NCBI GenBank assembly: GCA_030550585.1
Contig: JAUQPB010000001.1
Location: 707,150 to 771,149, forward strand
Direction of reading: 5' to 3'
Length of the DNA stretch: 64,000 nucleotides
Source: Thermoproteota archaeon
GTDB lineage: Archaea > Thermoproteota > Thermoprotei_A > Sulfolobales > Ignisphaeraceae
Part shown: positions 51,582-61,403 of the stretch, one piece after another
How the letters are laid out: each line of letters opens with the position of its first letter
Numbering within the stretch: the stretch's first letter is position 1
Notes under the pieces: model-generated
Told to the model about the DNA's origin: nothing
The model's input: only the letters and a program-made list of their open reading frames with translations
The model's database searches: none
Position numbers and translations under genes: made by a program

Positions 51582-51779
51582 GTGGGCAGATTGGCTGAAA
51601 AAACAAAGAGGTTTAGATCGCAACTCTACGAATACGACTATAAAGCGGGGACGATAAAGCTTAAGAACAGGCTCTGCCCAAGATGCGGCTCGGTAATGGC
51701 TTTTCACAGAGTTGGCAAGCCGAGGTGGCACTGCGGAAAATGCAACTACACTATATTTGTTGAGGAAAGGAAAAAGTGA
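51582..51779 (+). CDS. rps27ae: 30S ribosomal protein S27ae
   Basis: CPRCGSVMAFH..RWHCGKC. Confidence 0.93.
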   Translation: MGRLAEKTKRFRSQLYEYDYKAGTIKLKNRLCPRCGSVMAFHRVGKPRWHCGKCNYTIFVEERKK

Positions 51780-52780
51780 TTGTTGTTGGCATAGAGTCTT
51801 CTGCACACACATTTGGTGTTGGAATAGTTACAGACGGCGATGAAGCCAATTTTATTTTGGCTGATGAGCGGGTACAGTACATACCGAAGCATGGTGGGAT
51901 ACACCCAAGAGAGTCGTCTAGGTTTCTCGCGGAGAAGGGCCCACAGATACTGAGAAACGCCTTTGCAAAATCGTCTATAGACCCCCGCAGAATAGATGCT
52001 GTGGCAGTTGCTCTCGGCCCCGGCCTAGGGCCCTGTCTAAGGGTTGGCGCAACAGTTGCTAGAACCCTCTCCGCCTATTTGAACAAGCCTCTGGTTCCAG
52101 TAAACCATGCTGTGGCGCATGTTGAGATAGGCTCTAAGCTGACTGGGCTAAAAGACCCTGTGACAGTCTATTTGTCTGGTGGGAACACAGCTGTTATAGC
52201 ATATATCGATAGGAGGTACAGGGTTTTTGGAGAGACTCTCGACATAGCTTTGGGGAATCTTCTAGACACCTTCGCTAGAGAGGTTGGCCTAGGCCCACCC
52301 TATGTGGTTGGTGGGATGCATGTTGTTGACAGGTGTGCTGAGGGTGGGAAGAGGATACTGCCCGACTTCCCCTACGTAGTCAAAGGCCAGGACATGGCGT
52401 TCTCAGGGCTGCTCACAGCCTCTCTCAGAGCATATAGAAAGGGGGTCGACCTAAACGATATATGTCTAACCCTACGCGAAATCGCGTACAACAGCGTCTT
52501 GGAGGTGTCCGCAAGGTGCTTGATGCACACAAAGAAGAGGGAGATAATGCTTGTTGGCGGCGTTGCTGCAAGCCCTATACTAAGAGAGAAGTTTGCTGAA
52601 ATGGCCAAGATCTACGGGGCTTCAGTAGGTGTTGTACCACCGCAGTACGCTGTTGACAACGGTGTTATGATAGCGTGGACAGGTCTTCTCAGCTACAAAG
52701 CTGGAGTTGTAACAGATCTGAGATCAGCTATTGTCAGACAGAGATGGAGGATAGACGAGGTTGAGATCCCGTGGAGATAG
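51776..52780 (+). CDS. kae1: KEOPS t6A synthase Kae1
   Basis: GIESSAHT, GPGLGPCL, VNHAVAHVE, SGGNT, DNGVMIA. Confidence 0.95.
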   Translation: MIVVGIESSAHTFGVGIVTDGDEANFILADERVQYIPKHGGIHPRESSRFLAEKGPQILRNAFAKSSIDPRRIDAVAVALGPGLGPCLRVGATVARTLSAYLNKPLVPVNHAVAHVEIGSKLTGLKDPVTVYLSGGNTAVIAYIDRRYRVFGETLDIALGNLLDTFAREVGLGPPYVVGGMHVVDRCAEGGKRILPDFPYVVKGQDMAFSGLLTASLRAYRKGVDLNDICLTLREIAYNSVLEVSARCLMHTKKREIMLVGGVAASPILREKFAEMAKIYGASVGVVPPQYAVDNGVMIAWTGLLSYKAGVVTDLRSAIVRQRWRIDEVEIPWR

Positions 52781-53526
52781 AGCTCCCAGAGATAGTTAGG
52801 GAGATGCTCGGCGAGGAATACGTTGTTGTCAGCAGAAGTGGTATCAGCATTGGCAAGATGCTAGACTCTGTGGAGCTGCTTTCAATGGGGGCAGAGGCAT
52901 ACATATTCAAAGCGAAGTTTATGGGGGTAGACGCAATAGTTAAGTGGAGGTTTCCAAAGCCATATATGCCAAAGGAGCTGGACAACCAGTTGAGGAGGTA
53001 TAGAACAGAGTTAGAGGCTAAGATAATCTGGAAAGCGCTTTCAATAGGTGTTAAAGTTCCGATACCCCTTTTCACAGACCTCGAAGACTGTCTAATCATA
53101 ATGACCTATGTAAATGGCGAGAACCTCAGAGATGTTGTTGGGGTCATAGACAATGAAAAGCTGTGCAACTTGACGAGAACAGTAGGCTTCTACACAGGGG
53201 TTTTGCACAAAAACAACATTGTCCACGGAGATCTGACAACAAGCAATGTGATTGTGGATAGAGACGATGTTTACATCATAGACTTTGGGCTCTCCACAAT
53301 CTCTAAAAGGGTTGAGGACAAGGCCATAGACATACACATATTCTTCAGATCTGTGGAGAGTGCCCACAGCAGGTTTGAGGAGCTTATGAAAAGGTGTTTT
53401 GTTGACGGATATAAAGACGCTGTTGGAGAGGATGCTGCAAACAGGGTTTTGAAGACTGTGAGGAATATTCGGCTGAGGGGGAGATACATAGCCGAGAGGA
53501 AGCTGAGGAGCGAGTGGATCCTATAA
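52771..53526 (+). CDS. bud32: KEOPS kinase Bud32
   Basis: GAEA, KWRFPKPY, HGDLTTSN, IDFGL, RLRGRY. Confidence 0.93.
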   Translation: MEIELPEIVREMLGEEYVVVSRSGISIGKMLDSVELLSMGAEAYIFKAKFMGVDAIVKWRFPKPYMPKELDNQLRRYRTELEAKIIWKALSIGVKVPIPLFTDLEDCLIIMTYVNGENLRDVVGVIDNEKLCNLTRTVGFYTGVLHKNNIVHGDLTTSNVIVDRDDVYIIDFGLSTISKRVEDKAIDIHIFFRSVESAHSRFEELMKRCFVDGYKDAVGEDAANRVLKTVRNIRLRGRYIAERKLRSEWIL

Positions 53527-53604
53527 CTCTGCATACTCTAGAAACCGTTGAGACAAACCCTTTTAAGCAACAGCAGTTGTTGTTCTGTACTTGGGCCTGC
53601 ATCA

Positions 53605-54180
53605 ATGGAGATATTTTTCGCGACAAACAATATGAATAAGGTTAGAGAGGCTGAGGCAGTCCTAAGAGACTTTGGAATAAAGGTTGTGCCTGTAAACGTT
53701 AAGAAGATCGAGATTCAGCACGACTCTCTAGAGGAGATAGCGAAATACGCTGCGAGAATCGCCTATACAGAGCTTGGAAAACCTGTTGTTGTAGAAGACT
53801 CTGGCCTCTTCATAGACTCTCTAAACGGGTTTCCAGGCCCATACAGTAGCTATGTGTATAAAACCATTGGTTTGAGGGGGGTGCTAAAACTTCTAGAAGA
53901 CTATAGAGAGATTGAGCTCAGAAGAGCGAGGTTCGTAGCAGTAGTAGCCCTAGCCCTCTCAGAAAGCGACATAAAGGTGTTTAGAGGGGTTGCAGAGGGG
54001 TTCATAGCATTCGAGATAAGGGGCTGCAAAGGCTTTGGCTACGACCCGATATTCATACCCATGGGATCCACCAAAACCTTTGCCGAAATGGATGTAGAGG
54101 AAAAGGGGCTCTATTCGCATAGAGGCAAAGCGTTTAGAGAGCTTGGCGAGTGGCTGCACAGGATGCAGCAGAGGAGATAG
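53605..54180 (+). CDS. rdgB: XTP/dITP diphosphatase (RdgB/HAM1)
   Basis: FATNN..K, EDSGL, GFPGPYS, GFGYDPIF, SHRGKA. Confidence 0.95.
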   Translation: MEIFFATNNMNKVREAEAVLRDFGIKVVPVNVKKIEIQHDSLEEIAKYAARIAYTELGKPVVVEDSGLFIDSLNGFPGPYSSYVYKTIGLRGVLKLLEDYREIELRRARFVAVVALALSESDIKVFRGVAEGFIAFEIRGCKGFGYDPIFIPMGSTKTFAEMDVEEKGLYSHRGKAFRELGEWLHRMQQRR

Positions 54181-54270
54181 GTAAAGCCCGCAAATTGACT
54201 TATGAAAATTTATAAGTGTGTGGTGGCCGTATCTATAGAAGAATAGCGTATTGCATTGTGTGAATAGCTT

Positions 54271-54900
54271 ATGGCTGGCAAAAAGAGGGATAAGGGAGAG
54301 TCACATTCAACCAGACCAGCTAGACTAGGACCACCAAAATGGGTTAGGTACTCCCAGGACGAGATCGAGGCTATAGCGGTTGAGTTGGCTAAGATGGGGT
54401 ACACCCCATCAATGATAGGGATTATCCTAAGGGACCAGTATGGGATTCCGCTAGTCAAGTCTGTTACAGGTATGAAGCTCACAAAGATTCTTGAGAAACA
54501 CGGTGTTGCACCGCCTGTACCAGAGGATCTTCTTAGGCTAATGGCCAAGGCGGTCAATCTAAGGAGGCATCTATCTGAGCAGCCAAAGGATTTTGCAAGC
54601 AAGAGGGGGTTGATAGAGACAGAGTCTAAGATAAGAGCGTTGATAAGGTACTATAAGCGTGTAGGCAAGCTACCCCCAGACTTCGAGTACGACCCGGAGA
54701 GGGCAAAGCTCCTGGTTGCACAGTACCTTGGTGCAGCACTACAACAACAGGCTGCCACATCCGAGACGGCGGGCCAGACACAAGTCGGTACAGCAACAAC
54801 ACAGACAGCGGGGCAGGTGGCAGGATCGGCGGCAGCGACACCACCAGCACAAGAGACCCAGCCTGGGCAGCAGCCCGGATCTTCTGGGGCGCAGCAGTAA
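54271..54900 (+). CDS. rps15: 30S ribosomal protein S15 (uS15) with long low-complexity C-terminal tail
   Basis: [30 protein letters not shown]. Confidence 0.95.
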   Translation: MAGKKRDKGESHSTRPARLGPPKWVRYSQDEIEAIAVELAKMGYTPSMIGIILRDQYGIPLVKSVTGMKLTKILEKHGVAPPVPEDLLRLMAKAVNLRRHLSEQPKDFASKRGLIETESKIRALIRYYKRVGKLPPDFEYDPERAKLLVAQYLGAALQQQAATSETAGQTQVGTATTQTAGQVAGSAAATPPAQETQPGQQPGSSGAQQ

Positions 54901-54950
54901 GGCTCTAACAGCTCCTTCACATTTTCGCATTCTAAAGTATTTAACAGTTT

Positions 54951-56138
54951 TTGTCTTTTTCTACAAAAGCGGTGTGTGCTGTGGCTAGACAGTTCAAGGA
55001 GCTTATCGTCATGGTCAAACAGTTTAAGGGGGTCTACATAGTCTATGCCCCTACAATAGACAGTATCCTCTCGGCCTCTCTTCTCCTAAGGTTCTTTAAA
55101 GAGTATGAAGTAGATGTTATGCTGGCTCCATACTATTCAGCTCCCAAGCCCAGTGGCGAGGGGGTCACCATTGGGGTTGGGGTGATGCAGAGAACGCCGC
55201 TGGCCGGAACAAGATATGTTTCCATCGACGATTTTCTAGAGAGGGATGCAAGCGTTGTGCAGTCAACGTCTATACACCTTGTGAGAAACATTAAAAACTA
55301 TTGGATTGTTCCAAAGGCTGTCGAAGCCCTATCAATGTCGGCCATGCTTTCGATAACCCGCTCCACACTCTACGACGAAAATGTTGTGGAGATCCACAAA
55401 ACTGTTTTGGAGGACGCTGTGTCAAAGGATCTTTGGGAGTATACACAGAGTCTCAGACTCTTCGGCTATCCAAGACTAGATGTCGCCCAAGCTCTTACAA
55501 GAACTTTGGAGCCCTATATCGTGGGCGTGTCGCTAGACGATAAAGCGGGTTCAGAGATTGTGAGCAGGATTTTAGCCTCTAAGGAGAAGGACATTGTGAA
55601 TGGCGTTGCCGAGGAGGTTGGAAAGATAGTCTCTGGATATGGGAGGGGTGCTCCAAGCGTTCTAGGGCCAAAGATAATTGTTAAAAACGTTGATGAGGTT
55701 GTCGACCTCTATGAGACTGTATATGCAATTTCGTTTTACATTGATCTCAAGGGGGCTGAGCCCCCTCTGTACATAGCCTTGGAGCCTAAGATAGTGAGCT
55801 ATGCCAAGGCTGCGATGTATTCAACTCTAAAGCAATTCAAAAACTTTATAGACAACTTGATAAGGGGGCTGGCGATAAAAAGGTTTATAGTAAAGGGCAT
55901 TAGGATAGGGGTTGTAGACATATCGACAGAGCCTAGTACACCACCTCTATACACTCTCTACAGAATCTTGAAGGGTGTTGGGCTGGCAGAGGATATAACG
56001 GTTTTCACAAACGGCAAGGAGTATCTACTGCCCGTACAACTGGTTGAGGCTAGGTGGCCGCTGGAGAAGGAGCTGAACATAGATAGAAACTATGTTGTGT
56101 TGCCAAACATACAAAGCGTTGGTGATGTCATAAAATGA
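54951..56138 (+). CDS. Degenerate DHH-family RecJ/Cdc45-like (GAN-like) protein
   Basis: Sits between rps15 and pcc1; eroded motif I (TIDSILSA); LRLFGY...LTRTLEPYIVGV; no DHH triad. Confidence 0.6.
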   Translation: MSFSTKAVCAVARQFKELIVMVKQFKGVYIVYAPTIDSILSASLLLRFFKEYEVDVMLAPYYSAPKPSGEGVTIGVGVMQRTPLAGTRYVSIDDFLERDASVVQSTSIHLVRNIKNYWIVPKAVEALSMSAMLSITRSTLYDENVVEIHKTVLEDAVSKDLWEYTQSLRLFGYPRLDVAQALTRTLEPYIVGVSLDDKAGSEIVSRILASKEKDIVNGVAEEVGKIVSGYGRGAPSVLGPKIIVKNVDEVVDLYETVYAISFYIDLKGAEPPLYIALEPKIVSYAKAAMYSTLKQFKNFIDNLIRGLAIKRFIVKGIRIGVVDISTEPSTPPLYTLYRILKGVGLAEDITVFTNGKEYLLPVQLVEARWPLEKELNIDRNYVVLPNIQSVGDVIK

Positions 56139-56398
56139 TGTTAGAGCTTAGCATAGAGATTGTGATGAACGATGAAAACACTTGTAGATCTGTTCTAAAC
56201 GCTGTTGAGCCAGACAACAAAACGGCTCCAAGTTCCATAGCCATAGATGTTACATGCCAGGGCAATGTCATGAGGGTGGTGGTTAGAGGCTCTAACACAA
56301 AGATCCTGACTTTTAGGAATACTGTAGACGATCTTCTAGAGCACATATCGATAGCTATGAAGACTGTCAAGGAGATTCAGAGCACAGGCGCCTCCTAG
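56135..56398 (+). CDS. pcc1: KEOPS subunit Pcc1
   Basis: AVEPDN, FRNTVDDLL; conserved gene context. Confidence 0.85.
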   Translation: MMLELSIEIVMNDENTCRSVLNAVEPDNKTAPSSIAIDVTCQGNVMRVVVRGSNTKILTFRNTVDDLLEHISIAMKTVKEIQSTGAS

Positions 56399-56424
56399 TA
56401 TGCACCACGTTCTCTTTGTAGAGG

Positions 56425-57372
56425 CTATGGTATCTCCTCTATGTATCTAAATATTGAGTCGGCTATTATCGTAACAATCTTGGAGTTTTTTGGAAGCTCT
56501 CTAGAAATCTTTACGGCTCCGACTATGTTTGCGCCTGAGGATATGCCTGCTAATATGCCCTCCTCTTTTGCTAGGTGGAGAGCCATTTCAAGAGCCTCTC
56601 TATAGGAAACCTCTACTATCCTGTCTATAACTGTCTTGTCTAGGAGTGGTGGAACATCTTTGTGTAGTAGCCCCTCTATCCTGTCCTCCCCAACGCCTCC
56701 AGCGAGCTTCGACCCCCTCGGGGTTACAGCCACTATCTTCACATCCCGTTTCCTCTCCTTTAGGAACCTGCCGACACCTGTTATAGTACCCCCTGTCCCA
56801 ACACCCATGACAAAAGCATCTATATCGCCATTCATCTGCTCCCAAATCTCTCTGGCAGTCGTTTCGTAGTGGGCCAATGCGTTGTCCGGGTTTGCATACT
56901 GGTTTAGAAAAACAGTGTTTTTCTCTCTCGCAATCCTCTCAGCAATTCTTATGTAGTAGCTCTCCGAGGTCGGATCCTCATCACCAAACATTATCTCTGC
57001 ACCTAGAAACTCTAGTATCCTGACCTTCGCCCTGCTAGTGGATCTGGGTATAACTATAACTGGTTTTAGCCCAAGCCTCCTAGCAACAAACGCCACGGAA
57101 ATAGCTGTGTTGCCGCTAGACGCCTCGACAATATAATCCCCTGGTTTTAGCCCAAACCTCTTTATGGCTCCTCTCACCATGTACAGCGCTATCCTGTCCT
57201 TGTGACTGCCAGTAGGGTTGAAGTACTCCAGCTTTGCAAATAGCCTACAGCCGTTTTCCAAACCCACATTCTTAATTTCTACAAGTGGGGTGCCCCCAAC
57301 AAGATTCAGAATGTCTGGCACCATCCGGACACCAGTAAATGCTGGAGAACTTATATTCTGTGGCAAAGCCAT
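56425..57372 (-). CDS. cysK: Cysteine synthase family PLP enzyme
   Basis: KLEYFNPTGSHKDR, ASSGNT, NQYAN, GTGGT, GISSGA. Confidence 0.88.
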   Translation of the reverse strand: MALPQNISSPAFTGVRMVPDILNLVGGTPLVEIKNVGLENGCRLFAKLEYFNPTGSHKDRIALYMVRGAIKRFGLKPGDYIVEASSGNTAISVAFVARRLGLKPVIVIPRSTSRAKVRILEFLGAEIMFGDEDPTSESYYIRIAERIAREKNTVFLNQYANPDNALAHYETTAREIWEQMNGDIDAFVMGVGTGGTITGVGRFLKERKRDVKIVAVTPRGSKLAGGVGEDRIEGLLHKDVPPLLDKTVIDRIVEVSYREALEMALHLAKEEGILAGISSGANIVGAVKISRELPKNSKIVTIIADSIFRYIEEIP

Positions 57373-57392
57373 AAAAGTTTTTGTGTATAGCC

Positions 57393-57986
57393 ATGCTAAT
57401 AGTTTTCGAGGGTATTGACGCAGCCGGCAAAACTACTATGAGCAGAATGGTTGTGGAGCATATTCGGGGGAAAGGGTTTGAGGCATCTCTATTCTCATAC
57501 CCCAACTACACATCGATATACGGTTCCATTATAAAGCTCTTTCTAGAGTCAAAAATATGGTTGTCTCACCAAGAGCTGTTCTTCCTATACATATTAGATA
57601 TGTATAGAGAGAAGCAAGAGGTTGAAAAAGCGCTTGCAAGCGGGCGAATCGTTGTGATGGACAGGTACTACACCTCCACAATAGCGTATCAATGCTCTCT
57701 TGGATTCGACTATGAAATGGCGAAGAAAGTGATAGAGTATCTCGATATGCCAAAGCCAGACACAATAGTATATCTCGATATAGAGCCTAGAAAAGCTGTA
57801 GAGAGAAAGGCTAGACAGAAAAAGCTGGATGTATTTGAAAAAGATGTTGAGTTTCTTGAGAAAGTAAGGAAAATGTACTGGAGGCTAATAGGAGAGGGGT
57901 ACCCAACGAAAAACTGGATTGTTGTAGACGCGAGCAAGAGTGTTGACGAGGTCTTCAGCTACATTATTGAGAGGCTACAGCTATAA
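57393..57986 (+). CDS. tmk: Thymidylate kinase
   Basis: VFEGIDAAGKTT, DRYYTSTIAYQ. Confidence 0.95.
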   Translation: MLIVFEGIDAAGKTTMSRMVVEHIRGKGFEASLFSYPNYTSIYGSIIKLFLESKIWLSHQELFFLYILDMYREKQEVEKALASGRIVVMDRYYTSTIAYQCSLGFDYEMAKKVIEYLDMPKPDTIVYLDIEPRKAVERKARQKKLDVFEKDVEFLEKVRKMYWRLIGEGYPTKNWIVVDASKSVDEVFSYIIERLQL

Positions 57987-58007
57987 AGTTGATGTGCAAG
58001 AATTGGG

Positions 58008-58142
58008 CGGCGACCCGATCCCAGCTTGGGTGGGCTGCGGCCCCTCTCGGAAGCCACAGCCACACCCAACGCGGCTGGCTTAACTTCCGGGATCTGACGA
58101 GTCCGGGTGTTGCCCAGCCGCTATGGCCGGGTCGGGTCGCCG
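58008..58142 (-). rRNA. rrf: 5S rRNA (stand-alone)
   Basis: Reverse complement CGGCGACCCGACCCGGCCATAGCGGC...ACACCCGGACTCGTCAGATCCCGGAAGTTAAGCC...TCGGGTCGCCG with complementary ends. Confidence 0.93.
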
Positions 58143-58155
58143 ATTGTTCTATTTG

Positions 58156-58476
58156 CTATTGCTGGGGTTTAAAAGATTTTTGTGTCTTTTCCTGTGGGAT
58201 AGCATATATCTTTGTTATTACTAGTAGCGAGTTGCATTTTGGGCAGTTCCCATCTACCTTCCCTATGAAGTCCCCCTCTCTGAACTCTCTCTCGATTGTA
58301 TAGTCGTTTTGCTGGCATGTGGCAACAGTCATTATTTTGTAGCTTATTTTCTCACTTTCCACGAGCTGCTTTCTTCTTTTTGAGTAGTCGAGTGATGCTA
58401 CCACTAGGTATATCAGCAGGCCCGCCATTATAATTGCAAGTATTATTGTTAGGGCATCTATTTGCATTGTGATCAT
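58156..58476 (-). CDS. Small membrane-anchored protein with CPKC zinc-ribbon-like motif
   Basis: N-terminal TM, REFREGDFIGK..CPKC; coupled to the DUF1512 gene. Confidence 0.75.
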   Translation of the reverse strand: MITMQIDALTIILAIIMAGLLIYLVVASLDYSKRRKQLVESEKISYKIMTVATCQQNDYTIEREFREGDFIGKVDGNCPKCNSLLVITKIYAIPQEKTQKSFKPQQ

Positions 58477-58477
58477 G

Positions 58478-59584
58478 TTAGTATACACCAACGCTGTTTC
58501 CAATACCCACAACAATTACATTGTCCCCCGGCTTCGTCCTGTTCCTTATAATCTCTAAAACCTTTTGATAGGCTTTTTCAACGCCGTCTGCAATCTCTTT
58601 TGTCATCGGGGTTATCGCCTCGTCGTTGCTCATCTTAATTATTACAGCGTCTAGTGGTGCGCCACACTTTACAGCTGTTCTCTCAATCTCTATCTTCTCC
58701 GGCCCCACATCGCCTATCGCTGCTCCAGAGCCCTCTGCAACTAGTCCTGTTGGCTCTCCCTCGAGTTTTAGCGCTGCATCCACTGTTATGATTCTGGCAA
58801 CTCTGTTCTCAAGCATCTCAGCAATTTTTGCAACGGCTTTTCCAGGTCTTCCAACTGTTGCTCCGGGTCCCTTCGCCTTTACCACATAGACTTTTCTGCC
58901 GTCTATCTCAACGATTGAGTATACAGTGTCTTCCTCAATATCTATTCTGGGTGCTAGCCCAGCGAGTTTGTAGGCCACCATGGGCCCTGCGGAATCTCCT
59001 ATTGGAACACCTTTTATGAATGTGTCGACAGCTCTCACATAGGGCATGAGCTCTTTTAGCAACTGTGGGAGGAGTAGGTATAGCTGCATTAGAAGAACCC
59101 AGTTTTCGTACTTCTTTCCCAGCAGGTAGTAGTGTCTCAAAATCTTGAATACTGTGTAGAGGGCTGAGGCAACTGCTAGCGAAACCGCTATGTTGTTCAG
59201 CATGTGCCTGCCTATATTCGGCATAGAGTTTTGCAGATCCTTTTTGAACTTGTCTTCGTTGGCTGTTATTATGTGGTCAAGCCTCTTTATAATGTCTGTA
59301 GGCTCTATGGAGACAGGCTCTATAGCGAAGTAGTTCTCTAGAGAGTTTCCTATTATAGCATCTGCGTTGCTTACACCAAGTTTCGATAGATATGTCTTCA
59401 CCTTTGAGATGCTCTCTTTGACAAGGCCCTCAACGACTGTCAGCCTTGCTGCAACACCTTTTTCGTATCTCAGAAACTGTGTTTTTTGTGGTAGGTCTGT
59501 GAAGAAGTATAGCATGAATACAAGCCAGAAGAGTATGGATATTATATTGTTCCAGTCGTTGTTGATCTGCATGTTTGTTGCCAT
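58478..59584 (-). CDS. DUF1512 family protein
   Basis: PIGDSAGP, KAKGPG, VDAALKLEGE, VGIGNSVG. Confidence 0.85.
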   Translation of the reverse strand: MATNMQINNDWNNIISILFWLVFMLYFFTDLPQKTQFLRYEKGVAARLTVVEGLVKESISKVKTYLSKLGVSNADAIIGNSLENYFAIEPVSIEPTDIIKRLDHIITANEDKFKKDLQNSMPNIGRHMLNNIAVSLAVASALYTVFKILRHYYLLGKKYENWVLLMQLYLLLPQLLKELMPYVRAVDTFIKGVPIGDSAGPMVAYKLAGLAPRIDIEEDTVYSIVEIDGRKVYVVKAKGPGATVGRPGKAVAKIAEMLENRVARIITVDAALKLEGEPTGLVAEGSGAAIGDVGPEKIEIERTAVKCGAPLDAVIIKMSNDEAITPMTKEIADGVEKAYQKVLEIIRNRTKPGDNVIVVGIGNSVGVY

Positions 59585-59669
59585 GTAAAGCGTTTTACCA
59601 TCACCCTTCTAGTCGCATCATAGAAAACAGTCTTTTGCAGATATAAAACTTTTTGCTTAGCAATAAGGT

Positions 59670-60611
59670 CTAGGCGGCTTCTGTAGAGCAGCTTGTTGTC
59701 ACTATCTTCTCCCCCCTGTCTGTGAACAGTACTGTGTGCTCGAACTGTGCCACCATACCCCTGCCCCTCTCGACTAGAACCGGATATGCTATAGCTAGAC
59801 CGCTTTGGACAAAGGCTTTCACAGCCTTTTCGAGGAGCTCGAGGCTAAACCTATTTGTGTACCACCTCAATGCGAAGGGCAGCGTCTTTCTGTCGTTGTA
59901 TATCGTGTTGAAGACTGTTTGAAGCTCTTGGCCAAGCTTCGAAAGCTTCTTGGGGTTCGGCCTGAGTGCATATATCAGAGTCTTTCTGCTTTCTGTAACA
60001 TATCCATCTCCACTTGTTGCGAAGGGCTCTATAGCATATGCCCTTCCAGGTTTGAACGACCCGAAAACAAGCCTATCCCTGTAGTTTGGTATTACCTCGC
60101 CCGCATGTATAGAGAACCTGTCTAGGCTGTGCCCACTCAGATTGTATATTGGCTTGAAGCCATAGCTTTTTATAACAGACTCGACTATGTGGCCAACCTC
60201 GCTGAACTTTGTCCCTATGTTGGCCGCTTCAACGGCTTTCTCCAAAGCTGTTTTAGCTGCTTCGCAAAGCATGTTGTATCTGTCGTCGAGTGTTACAGTG
60301 ATTGCCGTGTCTGCTATGTAGCCATTCACATGAACGCCTATATCTATCTTCACGACAGCCCCCTCAGGAACTGTGAGAGTGTCTCCAGCCTCCGGCGTGT
60401 AGTGGGCTGCCACATCGTTTATAGATATGTTTACTGGAAACGCTGGCTCCCCACCCAACTCAGCAATCCTCTTCTCGATCTGCTCAGCAATTTCTATCAC
60501 CTTCGCCCCCGGCCTAACAATCTTTGTGGAGTCTCTAAGGATTTTGCATGCTATTTGACCTGCCTTGACATAGCTCTCAATCTCCTCCTGCCCCATCATA
60601 GATCTTTGCAC
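59670..60611 (-). CDS. map: Methionine aminopeptidase type II
   Basis: AFPVNIS, AAHYTP, DIGVHVNGYIAD, NLSGH, AIEPF, AQFEHT. Confidence 0.95.
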   Translation of the reverse strand: MQRSMMGQEEIESYVKAGQIACKILRDSTKIVRPGAKVIEIAEQIEKRIAELGGEPAFPVNISINDVAAHYTPEAGDTLTVPEGAVVKIDIGVHVNGYIADTAITVTLDDRYNMLCEAAKTALEKAVEAANIGTKFSEVGHIVESVIKSYGFKPIYNLSGHSLDRFSIHAGEVIPNYRDRLVFGSFKPGRAYAIEPFATSGDGYVTESRKTLIYALRPNPKKLSKLGQELQTVFNTIYNDRKTLPFALRWYTNRFSLELLEKAVKAFVQSGLAIAYPVLVERGRGMVAQFEHTVLFTDRGEKIVTTSCSTEAA

Positions 60612-60685
60612 ACCTGCGGACTGTCTGTAGCTAGAAACCTTTTTCGCAAACCTTTTTTACTGTTTGAGCGGAAAGCTTTTGTGAG

Positions 60686-61390
60686 GTGGTTGGATTGGCT
60701 TTGATTAGGTGGCTTGGCCACGCAGCCTTTGTTGTAGAGGTTGGTGGCTACAGGTTTTTGGTCGACCCCTGGATAACAAACCCCCTGTCTCCCTATAGAA
60801 GCGTCGAGTCCTTTGCTAGAGACTACCAAGAGATAGACTTTATTGTTGTCACTCACGGCCATGGGGATCACGTGGGAGAGGCTGAGGAGCTTCTAAAGAG
60901 GTATAAGAGGGCTAGGATAGTAGCTGTATATGAGCTCGCCGAGGAGATAGCTAGAAAGGCAGGGGCTGTCGACAGGTCTGTCCCAGCCAATATAGGCGGA
61001 TATATAAGGCTTGGCCCAGAGATTGGGGCTGTCCTAACACCGGCTTTACACAGCTCCTCAACAGGCTCTCCAACAGGTGTTGTCATTTTGGGTGAGGGCA
61101 AGTCGCTCTACCACGCTGGGGACACAGGGGTCTTCGGGGACATGAGGCTTATCCACGAGCTCTACAAACCCGTTGTAGCTATGCTCCCAATAGGAGGGCA
61201 CTTCACTATGGGTGTTGAGGAGGCTGTGAAGGCAGTTGAGCTCCTCAGACCATCTATAGCTATACCAATGCACTACAACACATTTGATGTGATATCAGCC
61301 GACCCAAACAGGTTTGCGGCCCTAGTTAGGGAGAGGGTACCCGGGGTAGATGTGAGGATCCTGAAGCCCGGTGAGTCCATAAGGGTATAG
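60686..61390 (+). CDS. Metallo-beta-lactamase-fold hydrolase (UPF0173-like)
   Basis: WLGHAAF, THGHGDH, YHAGDT, PIGGHFTM, PMHYNTF. Confidence 0.9.
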   Translation: MVGLALIRWLGHAAFVVEVGGYRFLVDPWITNPLSPYRSVESFARDYQEIDFIVVTHGHGDHVGEAEELLKRYKRARIVAVYELAEEIARKAGAVDRSVPANIGGYIRLGPEIGAVLTPALHSSSTGSPTGVVILGEGKSLYHAGDTGVFGDMRLIHELYKPVVAMLPIGGHFTMGVEEAVKAVELLRPSIAIPMHYNTFDVISADPNRFAALVRERVPGVDVRILKPGESIRV

Positions 61391-61403
61391 CCAAGGAGTT
61401 TAC

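Noticed and set aside
52771-52780. kae1/bud32 overlap as a programmed-frameshift fusion
   Set aside because: Short overlaps are routine throughout these operons, no slippery site is evident, and separate genes are normal in crenarchaea
57989-58303. 104-aa ORF over the GC-rich stretch
   Set aside because: The region is the antisense of the 5S rRNA gene
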